From a virus (lineage: Duplodnaviria; Caudoviricetes), in the IMG/VR virus record IMGVR_UViG_3300014202_001535, positions 1-33,374 of that record: a stretch of DNA of 33,374 nucleotides. The stretch is one strand, 5' to 3'. Below, piece by piece: positions 9,946 through 18,137 of this stretch. A model generated the notes under the pieces. The model did no database searches, was not told the origin of the DNA, and worked only from the letters and a program-made list of their open reading frames with translations. The position numbers and the translations under genes were made by a program. Numbering within the stretch: position 1 is the first letter of the stretch; every line of letters starts with the position of its first letter.

Positions 9946-10893
9946 TTACACCAGGCTGAACAGCCACAGAACTTGGGGAGCAGCGCCGGTGAACCGGTGC
10001 GCGGTGACGAAGGTCAGCTCGCCGTTGCGGTTGGTCACGTCGCCGTAGGCAAGCGATCCCGTATCAATTCCCGCCTGGTAGATCGTCGCTGTTTTCGGCG
10101 TCTCTACGCCGAGCTCCGTGAAAACCAGGTTCTGATTGTTCTTCGCCAGGCTTTGACCAGGCAGCACCGCGGTCGCGCCCTGCAGCTTCATGAGGTCGTA
10201 GATATCGGCCTCGGTGAGATTACCCGGCTTTAACTTCGCCTTCACGCGCAAGGACTTCAGGTAGATGTCGACGGCGCCGAAGGCGTCCATCTTTTTAATT
10301 TCTACCTGAGGCTCGATCGTGATTTCAGCAGGCCCCTCGAAGTGAATATCGATTCCGCCAAAGGCCGCCTTCCAACGGCGCGACGGCGCGCTGAACGTGC
10401 CGGCATACGTGAGGCTGAGCGCATTATCCGTTACGGCGTTAAACGCATCGGCAGCGTCGAGGTCCGCGTTGTCCTTCTGCAGCGCGGTGATCATCGCGTC
10501 GCCGTTGATCGTGACCGATGTGCCGAGCCGAATGGTGGCCGGCTTGGTCAGTGCCCAGCGTGAGTAGGCGATATTTTTGCCGGCGCCGGTCTGCACCTGC
10601 AGCGCGGCCGCCTGCATGATGCTCTTGCCGATGTCCGCGACGCCGTAGGTGGGGACGCAGCATTTGTTGAAACCAACCGCATCGCCGGCCGGAGTAAACG
10701 AAAGCTCCATGTGCTGGCTCTTCAGCCGGGGGTCGTACTCCCCCGCGAGACTGGTTTTAGCCGCCCAGGTCTCGCGCACAATCTTTTCGTTTATGTCGCC
10801 CTCGGTGATCACGTCCACGACGGGATCGCCGGGAAAGCGGATAATAGCCGGGCCGGCGATGAGATCAGGTGAATCGAATACTCCAGTGGTCAT
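9946..10893 (-). CDS. Major tail tube protein (315 aa)
   Basis: Strong SD (AAGGAG); position after tail completion genes; size and beta-rich composition typical of siphophage tube proteins; no sheath gene seen. Confidence 0.65.
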   Translation of the reverse strand: MTTGVFDSPDLIAGPAIIRFPGDPVVDVITEGDINEKIVRETWAAKTSLAGEYDPRLKSQHMELSFTPAGDAVGFNKCCVPTYGVADIGKSIMQAAALQVQTGAGKNIAYSRWALTKPATIRLGTSVTINGDAMITALQKDNADLDAADAFNAVTDNALSLTYAGTFSAPSRRWKAAFGGIDIHFEGPAEITIEPQVEIKKMDAFGAVDIYLKSLRVKAKLKPGNLTEADIYDLMKLQGATAVLPGQSLAKNNQNLVFTELGVETPKTATIYQAGIDTGSLAYGDVTNRNGELTFVTAHRFTGAAPQVLWLFSLV

Positions 10894-11375
10894 AGCGTTA
10901 CTCCTTGCGTTTGGTTTTGAAATTGAAAGCGGGTTTTAAAGTACAGCTCGTAGTAAACGGCGCCCTTCCATGGGAGCCGTTTGAATGCGGGGTCATCCAT
11001 TTCGAGAGGCGCAGCCGCCTGGTCGGGTTTGAACAAATGCAGATTTGACATCAGATACTCGATCATGGGTTTGATGCGCGGCTTGCCCTCATGAAGTGTT
11101 GGGCTGGACCAGACGCCGACGACAACGCCAACGTTTTTAAGAACCGGCCCCGGCACGTTTCCCGCCGGGTCCTTGCCCATGACGATGGTCACGAAGATAA
11201 AAAGGCCAAGGCCCTTGCCGAGACCGCCCGCGATTTGTGAAAGCAGATCGCCTTCGTCCTCGCTCTGAACCGGCACCTCGTGCGTCCGGATCAGCGGCAG
11301 CCGGCGAATCTGCGCGGCGATAGAGTCCTGCGCCGCCTGCATTTTACTTTTTGGCAAAAACATCACTTCGGTCAT
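10890..11375 (-). CDS. Putative tail terminator/completion protein (161 aa)
   Basis: Between the gpG-like gene and the tube gene; C-terminal AVYYELYFKT resembles gp37-type terminators. Confidence 0.5.
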   Translation of the reverse strand: MTEVMFLPKSKMQAAQDSIAAQIRRLPLIRTHEVPVQSEDEGDLLSQIAGGLGKGLGLFIFVTIVMGKDPAGNVPGPVLKNVGVVVGVWSSPTLHEGKPRIKPMIEYLMSNLHLFKPDQAAAPLEMDDPAFKRLPWKGAVYYELYFKTRFQFQNQTQGVTL

Positions 11376-11965
11376 TCCAGTCCCATCCCTTCAAAATAAT
11401 CTTCCAGCGCTTCGTCGATCGCCTCGTGCATAACCTCATCCGCCGGCATCGCGTGCGGGTCCTTGAATATCTTGAGCGGTGGATCCATGAGCCAGTACTG
11501 CACCTCCGGGTCCTCCGGCGTGCCGGTGGCCAGCGCGGCGCGCAGTTGGCCGTCGTGCCGATAGTGAAATAAAAACAGGTCCGCAATCACGCCTTCGCGG
11601 GGCGATCCGGCTTGATAGGCCCGATCCGTTTCTGGAACCGCCAGCTTGGAGGCTCCCCGCTTCGGATAAATATCTCCGCCGTACACCTTCATATTGAAGG
11701 CCGGATCGTGAATCGTGATGACGGCCTCGCTGCCGGTGATCTCACTCGGACCGGTTACCGCGGCCAGGCCGGCCCAGAAATGCTTGCGGGAAAAGCCGCG
11801 GCGGTTCGGGCTATCATCATCGCGCTCCTGGAAGTGATCCTGCATCACGCGCTCGCCGGCCGCGCTCGCGACTTCAAGAATATCCGTCTGCGCCTGCAGC
11901 GCCGCATTCAGGCGCTCGGCGTCATAGCTGACCGCATCCGTCGTTAAGATATCCACGACGATCAT
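11372..11965 (-). CDS. Mu gpG-like virion morphogenesis/neck protein (197 aa)
   Basis: Motif KVYGGDIYPKRGASKLAVP resembles the GG.I.PK..K.L.P of gpG-like proteins; follows the gpF-like gene. Confidence 0.6.
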   Translation of the reverse strand: MIVVDILTTDAVSYDAERLNAALQAQTDILEVASAAGERVMQDHFQERDDDSPNRRGFSRKHFWAGLAAVTGPSEITGSEAVITIHDPAFNMKVYGGDIYPKRGASKLAVPETDRAYQAGSPREGVIADLFLFHYRHDGQLRAALATGTPEDPEVQYWLMDPPLKIFKDPHAMPADEVMHEAIDEALEDYFEGMGLE

Positions 11966-12795
11966 GCAGCCCTCCGCCAGATCAATTTACTGCCGCGGGT
12001 TTCCACCAGGCTGCCGAACAGATCGATGATCGTCTCGACGAGATCGTCGCCCATGTCCGAAATATCCGCCTCGTAACCGTCGTTGAAACCTTGTTCCTCG
12101 GGTATTTCAGGCGACGTGAAATCCTGCTCAATGACGCCCAGCGCAATCGCCTCGCGTCGCGATACGTCGCGCAGTCCCATGCCGCTGCCATAATCAAACG
12201 GAGGCCACGGCGTGCCGAAGCGGGAAATTTTCGTCCATATCTCATCGCCTTTGAGCGCGATCATGCGGCCGTCGTAAAGCTGGCCTCTGTTCTCCTCCCA
12301 AATTTCCGACCATGGTCGAGCCTGGCCCTTTGGAATAATTCGCCGCACCAGCTCCTGCGCCGGGAAGGCGACACGGATCCCGCGGCCCTGGTCGCGCTTC
12401 CATTTCGCGTAGCCCTGGGCGCTGCGTGTCTGCATGTCGTAAATAAGGCGCAGCCGGCGGGCGCTGGCCACGTCGGTCAGTCCGCCGGTGCCGTCGCTGA
12501 TGCCGCGATCGAGTGCGCGCTCTCGCATATCGCCGACGAAGGACGAGCGGGTCACAAACGCCTCGCCCTGGGCCACGGCCTCTTTGCGCAGCGCGACCGC
12601 ATCCGCGAGCTTGCCCTGGACCTCGCTCATCCACCGCGCGTCCTCGACGCCGGCTGCGATCAGCGAGCGCGTGTAAATCTCCGCGGGAATCTTTTCGATG
12701 TCGGCGGACCGCAGCGCCGTCGGCACAACGGACTTGCCTTCGATCTTGTCGGCCAGGGCGGCGGCCGACTCTGATGCTATGGCGCGCAGCTTCAT
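11962..12795 (-). CDS. Mu gpF-like head morphogenesis protein (277 aa)
   Basis: RRLRLIYDMQTRSAQGY and IWTKISRFGTPWPPFDYGSGM motifs; ATG at 12795 overlaps the upstream stop. Confidence 0.8.
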   Translation of the reverse strand: MKLRAIASESAAALADKIEGKSVVPTALRSADIEKIPAEIYTRSLIAAGVEDARWMSEVQGKLADAVALRKEAVAQGEAFVTRSSFVGDMRERALDRGISDGTGGLTDVASARRLRLIYDMQTRSAQGYAKWKRDQGRGIRVAFPAQELVRRIIPKGQARPWSEIWEENRGQLYDGRMIALKGDEIWTKISRFGTPWPPFDYGSGMGLRDVSRREAIALGVIEQDFTSPEIPEEQGFNDGYEADISDMGDDLVETIIDLFGSLVETRGSKLIWRRAA

Positions 12796-13004
12796 GATTC
12801 CAATCCCGCCAGGTGATTGATAATGCGCAGCAGCGCTTCTTTTCTTTTCTTCGTACCGGCAACCCACGCCTGCCGGGCCATTGTCTCGTAAACGTCAGCC
12901 GGCGCCGGCTGCTTGAGGTGATCGGCCTCCGCGGTTTCCACGAAGCGCAGCGATGCGGTTAATTCACCGATCGCCAGGGCAGCATCTCCGGACTGCAGCT
13001 TCAT
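12792..13004 (-). CDS. Hypothetical protein (70 aa)
   Basis: ATGA overlaps with genes on both sides. Confidence 0.6.
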   Translation of the reverse strand: MKLQSGDAALAIGELTASLRFVETAEADHLKQPAPADVYETMARQAWVAGTKKRKEALLRIINHLAGLES

Positions 13005-13447
13005 ACAGCCACCCCCGGTATCGGCGCATAATGCCAGGACAAGTCATTCGCCCGCGCGGCGCCGCGGCGCCAGACACCGCGACCGCCGTACTGCACCGAC
13101 TTCCAAATCGAATATGCCAACGGCATCGGATCGCCCGCATCCAGGCAATCGTAATAGAGCTCCTCGTTTGCATCGGAGAACGACAGCCCGATCAGATCCC
13201 GCAGCGAAAAGCAGCCATCGTGTTTGATGTAACGGTGCAGCCGCTTGCTCAGCGGATGCCCGGCCAGCGGCCACGCCAGACGCGGCACCGATCCACCGTC
13301 CGTGACAAAACCGTGCACCACGCCATCGATCCATTTCTTTTCGAGCAGCACCGGATCGCGGTGCCGGAAGTGCAGCATCAGCGACTGGTCCACGATGTAG
13401 TCGCGGCCGTCGAGCCAGACGAGGCGTATGGGAGTCGGGCGGCGCAT
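13001..13447 (-). CDS. DUF1353 family protein (148 aa)
   Basis: Signature GFVTDGGSVPR...HD...DANEELY; ATG 1 nt after the upstream stop. Confidence 0.8.
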   Translation of the reverse strand: MRRPTPIRLVWLDGRDYIVDQSLMLHFRHRDPVLLEKKWIDGVVHGFVTDGGSVPRLAWPLAGHPLSKRLHRYIKHDGCFSLRDLIGLSFSDANEELYYDCLDAGDPMPLAYSIWKSVQYGGRGVWRRGAARANDLSWHYAPIPGVAV

Positions 13448-13448
13448 A

Positions 13449-13832
13449 TCAGAACTTGAACCCTTTCTCGCGCATGATTCGGTGATGTTCGTCAGCGGAT
13501 TTGATTCCGCGGCTCGATAAAATTGCGTGGCCCATCTCGTGCTCCGCCTCGATAAACGTGAAATCCGGGTATAAGCCCACGTGCCTGCCGATCGTCGTAC
13601 CGCCATGAATGCCCAGGACACCGACCGCGCGCGGCTTTTGCCAGAACGACACGACTACGCCGCTGCCGGCATATTGTATTCCGAGTTTCTTCTCCGCCGA
13701 CGCCATCGCTGCGTTCAGTTCCGCATGGTGCGACGGCGCGATAATATTCCCGACGCGTGGTTGCGACGGTTTGCTCGAGGAGCAGCCGAATGCCGTGGCA
13801 ATAATTAAAATGAGCGCGATGTTAATTTTCAT
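13449..13832 (-). CDS. Lipoprotein with HEXXH zinc-metallopeptidase motif (127 aa)
   Basis: Lipoprotein signal MKINIALILIIATAFG-C; motif EAEHEMGHAIL; downstream DEHH could supply a third ligand. Confidence 0.65.
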   Translation of the reverse strand: MKINIALILIIATAFGCSSSKPSQPRVGNIIAPSHHAELNAAMASAEKKLGIQYAGSGVVVSFWQKPRAVGVLGIHGGTTIGRHVGLYPDFTFIEAEHEMGHAILSSRGIKSADEHHRIMREKGFKF

Positions 13833-14038
13833 AGTGTTGCGTCTTTCCCTGGGATAACCATAAAGTGCGTCGGAAGATTGTGGTCGACATCGGTCTCAAT
13901 GAGATAACCAGGCCAAACCCACCAGCCGCCAGACTCCGCGTCGTACTGGGTGATGTCGTACTTTTCATGATTCCATGTAACAACAATGTGCTCATTCGTT
14001 TTCGGCGCGTCCTTAAAGGGCTTCCAGATTTTTTCCAT
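13829..14038 (-). CDS. DUF551-like small protein (69 aa)
   Basis: WKPFKDAPK...PTHFMVIP pattern; TGATG coupling to the upstream gene. Confidence 0.6.
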   Translation of the reverse strand: MEKIWKPFKDAPKTNEHIVVTWNHEKYDITQYDAESGGWWVWPGYLIETDVDHNLPTHFMVIPGKDATL

Positions 14039-14859
14039 CACATGCCAATATCGCGCGGCAGCCAAACGCGCTCGGGTTTCCCGACCGGGAGATAGCGGAT
14101 ATCCAGGCGCTGTCCGCCCTGGGCTTCCGGCTTCAGCCAGGAGCAAGTGTGATTCGGCGGAAAGTGCACGCGGTTCTTTCCCGTCGGATCGCACAAGTCC
14201 GCGAATACGCTCATCGCGTCGCCGGAGTGAGAGTGAGAAAACTTCAGCAGGTGGCCGTTTGAATATTTAATCACATACGAGACCTTGTCCGGTATCGATG
14301 CCGGCGCGCCGTTGTCGTCGTAGCGGCCTTTTAAATCCGTTCGCACCACAGAGCCATCATCACGCTTCACGTCGATGTATGTTATTCTGGAGTGAACGGT
14401 GCATTTAACATACACGGGCTGCGCGCCGCCGGCGCGGAAGCTCGTGTCGCCGGTCGCGAACTCGTAAAGCTCGACATGGCCAGGCCAGCGAGCCAGCGCA
14501 TTTTTCACGAAGAAATTAGGAATATATCCGGATTCATATTGCACCAGACGATTGCCGCCCTTGGTCGGCACTTCCCAGGATATTTGTCGCCCAGGATAAA
14601 GGAGTACATTGTCCGGCACGTCCTGCAGCGCGAGGTTCAGGATCGGAAACGACGCGACGGGCGGCACGGCGTTCGTCTCGGTGGCATCGGGGGCATCCGG
14701 CTTTTGTTCCTTCTTCGCCGCGTATTCCTCGATCGCTCGGTCCACGAGTTCATCCACATCCGCGATGACCTCCGTCCAATCGATCTGCGATGATCCGGGC
14801 AGGCTCGCGCAGCCGGAAAGGGCGGCGCATACAAACAAGCTGATAAATATATTTCTCAT
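14038..14859 (-). CDS. Lipoprotein of unknown function (273 aa)
   Basis: Signal MRNIFISLFVCAALSG-C (lipobox LSGC); GAGG SD; Pro-rich linker before a globular domain. Confidence 0.7.
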   Translation of the reverse strand: MRNIFISLFVCAALSGCASLPGSSQIDWTEVIADVDELVDRAIEEYAAKKEQKPDAPDATETNAVPPVASFPILNLALQDVPDNVLLYPGRQISWEVPTKGGNRLVQYESGYIPNFFVKNALARWPGHVELYEFATGDTSFRAGGAQPVYVKCTVHSRITYIDVKRDDGSVVRTDLKGRYDDNGAPASIPDKVSYVIKYSNGHLLKFSHSHSGDAMSVFADLCDPTGKNRVHFPPNHTCSWLKPEAQGGQRLDIRYLPVGKPERVWLPRDIGM

Positions 14860-14866
14860 GGGTTCC

Positions 14867-15196
14867 TCACTTTTTCAGGTTTACGTTTTCAGCGCCCTGG
14901 GCGCGGATAGAAGGCGACACGCCCTCGCTTAGGTTTTCGGTTCGGACATCGCCAAATTTCACATCACCCGGCGTGTAGACGCGGATGAGCGTGGACTTGT
15001 AGTGCAACCCGGAACATCCGGACACCGCCAGCGCCGCCAGCAGCGCCACAGTAAAAAACGGCAGGCGATTCGCCTTGCTGCTTGTGTAACGCCGGCGGAA
15101 CCGCCACTTCACCAAAAGAAAATCAATCAGCGCCATGAGCAGGAATATCACCGCGACAACGGCGATCATCAGTATTATGGAGTAGAGATTATTCAT
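14867..15196 (-). CDS. Membrane protein with an N-terminal TM helix and an internal lipobox-like segment (109 aa)
   Basis: Hydrophobic residues ~6-29, basic loop KWRFRRR, second hydrophobic stretch ending LAVSG-C. Confidence 0.6.
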   Translation of the reverse strand: MNNLYSIILMIAVVAVIFLLMALIDFLLVKWRFRRRYTSSKANRLPFFTVALLAALAVSGCSGLHYKSTLIRVYTPGDVKFGDVRTENLSEGVSPSIRAQGAENVNLKK

Positions 15197-15197
15197 G

Positions 15198-15653
15198 TTA
15201 CAGTCCTCTTAATTTTTCTCTGGTGGCCTTCCGCCTGGAGCTGCTTGCCAGCTCGATTCCCCCGGACGGTTGTACTTCCGCATTTACAGCGTCATCCGCA
15301 TCGCTGATCGGAAACTTCTCGGTGCCGGCGATATCGAGATCGCGATACGCCTGCTTTATCATTTCTTTTTGCTCATCGGTCAGACTGAGGCCGATCGACA
15401 GCCGCACCGTCATCGCTTCGATGATGAGCATGGCCGCCTGTGTTTTGAGTTCCGGCGGTACCGCGTTCGAAGTTGCAGAAATTCGAACGCGGCCGCTGAC
15501 TCGGTTGCGAACATAGGCGGCCCGGTCCGGCATCAACCGCGCGAAAGGAGAACTCTGCCCCGTTCCGAGCGCCGCGCTCTGCAGCGCGGTCAGCTGCGCG
15601 GCCACCAGGTAGTCGCGCAAGTGATCTTCGGTGATGACAATCCAGGCCGCCAT
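15198..15653 (-). CDS. Mu gp36-like (DUF1320) head-tail connector
   Basis: W...TEDHL N-terminus, VPPELK motif and AYRDLD C-terminal pattern; position after the capsid gene. Confidence 0.7.
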   Translation of the reverse strand: MAAWIVITEDHLRDYLVAAQLTALQSAALGTGQSSPFARLMPDRAAYVRNRVSGRVRISATSNAVPPELKTQAAMLIIEAMTVRLSIGLSLTDEQKEMIKQAYRDLDIAGTEKFPISDADDAVNAEVQPSGGIELASSSRRKATREKLRGL

Positions 15654-15656
15654 TAG

Positions 15657-16034
15657 TTATTCCTCTCGACCAACGGCGTGAGCCGTTCCGCTGATATTGG
15701 TCGGTGCGCTGAAGCGCAAACCATCACCACGAAACAGTCTGATGACATTGGTTCCGGTGTTTAGCCGACGATCGTTTGCCGCGATGATCTTCGTCCCGAC
15801 CAGGTTGGTCAGAAGGCCGATCTCCTGGGTGATGGTGTAAATGGTCGTCGTTGCGGCTGCGCCTGGCAGAACCAGGTGGTCCAGCACAAACGACGGGTAT
15901 GAGGGCGAACTGTCGGGCTCGTACTCAAAAAAACCGGCGCCATTCACGATTTCGATATCCTTCTTCACCGGCTGCCCGGCGAACAAGGGCACGGCGATGA
16001 GCGCCGCGAGAGTCATTACAATAAGTGATTTCAT
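15657..16034 (-). CDS. Exported small beta-rich protein (125 aa) between capsid and gp36
   Basis: AGGAG SD; signal peptide MKSLIVMTLAALIAVPLFA; three TN motifs. Confidence 0.7.
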   Translation of the reverse strand: MKSLIVMTLAALIAVPLFAGQPVKKDIEIVNGAGFFEYEPDSSPSYPSFVLDHLVLPGAAATTTIYTITQEIGLLTNLVGTKIIAANDRRLNTGTNVIRLFRGDGLRFSAPTNISGTAHAVGREE

Positions 16035-16056
16035 CTTTATTTCTCCTGTTTCGGTT

Positions 16057-16103
16057 TTCCATCGGCTGGAACGCGGGCACCCGCCCGGTTCCAACCGTTG
16101 GAA
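16057..16103. repeat. Pair of short palindromes TTCCA-n5/6-TGGAA downstream of the capsid gene
   Basis: ttccatcggctggaa and ttccaaccgttggaa lie between the capsid stop and the next RBS. Confidence 0.45.
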
Positions 16104-16108
16104 GTTGA

Positions 16109-17101
16109 TTAGCTGATGGTGAGTGACCGCACGCCGAGCGTGCTCGTGACCACGGTCTGCGAATAATGCTCGACGGTGAGGTCGACCAGTTTCGCCGACA
16201 CCTCGTGACGGTAGACGCGGAAGTCTCCGTCGCCCGCGGGGGTGACGAACCGCTTGATGTTGCTCGCATCCTCCGTCGTCATGTTCTGCTCGGCGAAGAA
16301 CATGAGGACCTTGTTGGATGCCAAAGCATCCTTCGTGGTCCTCGTGGCCTGCCAACGAGTTTTCAGGCGGCGCACTTCATCGACACCGAAGAGCCCGGAG
16401 AGCTCCTTCTCTCCAAGCCCAGCGGAGGCGAAACCTCCTGCCGAGTTCTGGGCGCGGTGAGACAGGGCACGTTTGTCCCAGGCCACATCACCGACACCGA
16501 TACGCACCGGGCGGATGCCGGCGGCGTCGCTGGCAAGTGTGAGCTGGGTAATGATGTCCATGTCCGGGTCCTTGCCATCGGAAGTGTCCCAGGTCTTGGC
16601 CACGTTCGTGGCAACCGCCAGCAGGGCCGTGGCGGCACGACGCACTTCGATGCGGCGGAGACGACGCAGAAGCCGTGCGATTTGAGTTTCCTCATACATA
16701 TCGCCGTAGACTTCGTCCGCATCGATCCGGACGGTGAGGCCCTTGTTGAGGGTCTTGCCGAGCTCCATGCCGCCGGAGTACCGGACCTGCTTGAAGTCAG
16801 CGCCGATCGCGCGAATGTCGGAATCGTCCGACTCGGCGTAGAACGCCTCCGCGTTGCTGGCCATGCGATACTCGAACCGTCGGACTGCCGGCACGCGCGG
16901 CGCGAGGAATTCGAGCTCCGCTTCCAGATCGGCACCATCCCGCCAGCCGACGGCATATGCCGTCAGCCCTTCGGAAAAGTGGGCCGTACCGAACCGCGAT
17001 TCGTTGGCGAGATATATCACGCCAACACGATTATTGCTTCCGACATCCGCCGGAAGGCGCTCCTGGGGAGGAAGCGCAATGAGAGCACTGGATTTTTTCA
17101 T
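16109..17101 (-). CDS. Major capsid protein (330 aa)
   Basis: AAGGA SD; follows the protease and decoration genes; capsid-like segment KTWDTSDGKDPDMDI...GIRPVRIGVG. Confidence 0.8.
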   Translation of the reverse strand: MKKSSALIALPPQERLPADVGSNNRVGVIYLANESRFGTAHFSEGLTAYAVGWRDGADLEAELEFLAPRVPAVRRFEYRMASNAEAFYAESDDSDIRAIGADFKQVRYSGGMELGKTLNKGLTVRIDADEVYGDMYEETQIARLLRRLRRIEVRRAATALLAVATNVAKTWDTSDGKDPDMDIITQLTLASDAAGIRPVRIGVGDVAWDKRALSHRAQNSAGGFASAGLGEKELSGLFGVDEVRRLKTRWQATRTTKDALASNKVLMFFAEQNMTTEDASNIKRFVTPAGDGDFRVYRHEVSAKLVDLTVEHYSQTVVTSTLGVRSLTIS

Positions 17102-17135
17102 AATGATGATTTCCTTGTGATGGTTTTTATTCGAC

Positions 17136-17570
17136 TTAGCCGGACACGACCTGTGACTCGGCGATCTTGTGAGCGATCTCCGCTTCGTCTCCCGCGGCCA
17201 AGCCGCCGGAAATGACACGGCCCACGCCGTAGTAAGTGCCGGCCACAGCACTCAGCTTGCTGGCCTGACCTTCGGCCGCGGTGAACACGTCGTCGCCTGG
17301 GGCGACGGCTTCGGTTACGGTTACCAGCGAGGTGCCGGTGGACGAGCCGAGGATTTCGACTTCGATGATGTCGCCAATGGCGGCGTCATCTTTCGCGATG
17401 TACAGCGGCTTGTCGTTCGCTCCACAGGGAACGATTGAATTGGCCGCCGTGCCTTTTTTGAGCAGCTGATATTTTACAATAACTGCTTCAGCCTGGCGGC
17501 TGGTCCGACCCGTCGGACTTACGCCCTCTGCGACGTTCGCAAAGGGAATGAGTTTGTTTTTCTTTTTCAT
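17136..17570 (-). CDS. DUF2190-like capsid decoration/cement protein (144 aa)
   Basis: Motif AVAPGDDVFTAAEGQA...GVGRVISGGLAAGDEAEI; located between scaffold and capsid. Confidence 0.75.
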   Translation of the reverse strand: MKKKNKLIPFANVAEGVSPTGRTSRQAEAVIVKYQLLKKGTAANSIVPCGANDKPLYIAKDDAAIGDIIEVEILGSSTGTSLVTVTEAVAPGDDVFTAAEGQASKLSAVAGTYYGVGRVISGGLAAGDEAEIAHKIAESQVVSG

Positions 17571-17576
17571 GGTTTT

Positions 17577-17590
17577 TCTCTCTCTCTCTC
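17577..17590 (-). repeat. (GA)7 microsatellite in the RBS region of the decoration gene
   Basis: mRNA sense reads GAAAG-(GA)7-AAAACC-ATG. Confidence 0.85.
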
Positions 17591-17603
17591 CTTTCCCTCT
17601 GGT

Positions 17604-18137
17604 TTAGGTTGCGAGGGCAAATAGTTCCTTGTTTTTGAGGTTGCGTTTCACGGCCGCGTAGGCGGCATCGCGATCGCCGTTATGTTTCGGCAGCTCTTCG
17701 TTCACCAGGTCGATGATCTTCTGAGCCTTCGTGCGCCCGTCGCTGTCGCGGCGGCCGAGTGCGTCGGTTCGTGATTGCGTTTTCATTTCCGGCTTCTCAT
17801 TCGCCAGCGCGATGACGTTCTTGTCAAAGTCTTCCGCCAGCTTCTTTTCCCATGCGGCTTTCGTCGCGGGGGTCGCCCGGCCCTGGGCGAGAGCGAAATC
17901 AATCAGCACACCGGCGTGCGCCTTGCGCTCGTTGGCGAGCTTGACTTCGGTTTCAGTCTTGGCGGTATCCGCTGCGGCCTTTTCATTCGCCAGCGCGGTT
18001 TTTTCTGTTTCGAGGCCCTCGGCCTTACCCTCGGCATCCTCGGCGCGTTTTTTCAACGCAATGAGCGCTTCTTTGACCTGAGCATCGGTTGCGGCCGCGT
18101 CCAGGTTCAGAAACGCGATCAGTTCTTCGCGGTTCAT
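17604..18137 (-). CDS. Internal in-frame scaffold protein (Mu Z-like, 177 aa)
   Basis: ACAGGAG SD before internal ATG (MNREELIAFLNLDAAATDAQV), analogous to Mu I/Z. Confidence 0.7.
   Translation of the reverse strand: MNREELIAFLNLDAAATDAQVKEALIALKKRAEDAEGKAEGLETEKTALANEKAAADTAKTETEVKLANERKAHAGVLIDFALAQGRATPATKAAWEKKLAEDFDKNVIALANEKPEMKTQSRTDALGRRDSDGRTKAQKIIDLVNEELPKHNGDRDAAYAAVKRNLKNKELFALAT

Noticed and set aside
9941-9947. A7 run after the tail tube stop as a programmed frameshift site
   Set aside because: The run comprises the stop codon, a 4-nt spacer and the A of the next ATG, so it is not within a chaperone ORF
2372-10893. Contractile tail, tailocin or eCIS
   Set aside because: No sheath or baseplate wedge genes; complete head and packaging genes are present
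8954-17251. N-terminal extensions in the ORF track (starts at 9016, 12867, 13621, 14194, 16355, 17251)
   Set aside because: They overlap upstream genes; downstream starts have SD sequences or stop/start coupling and expose signal peptides
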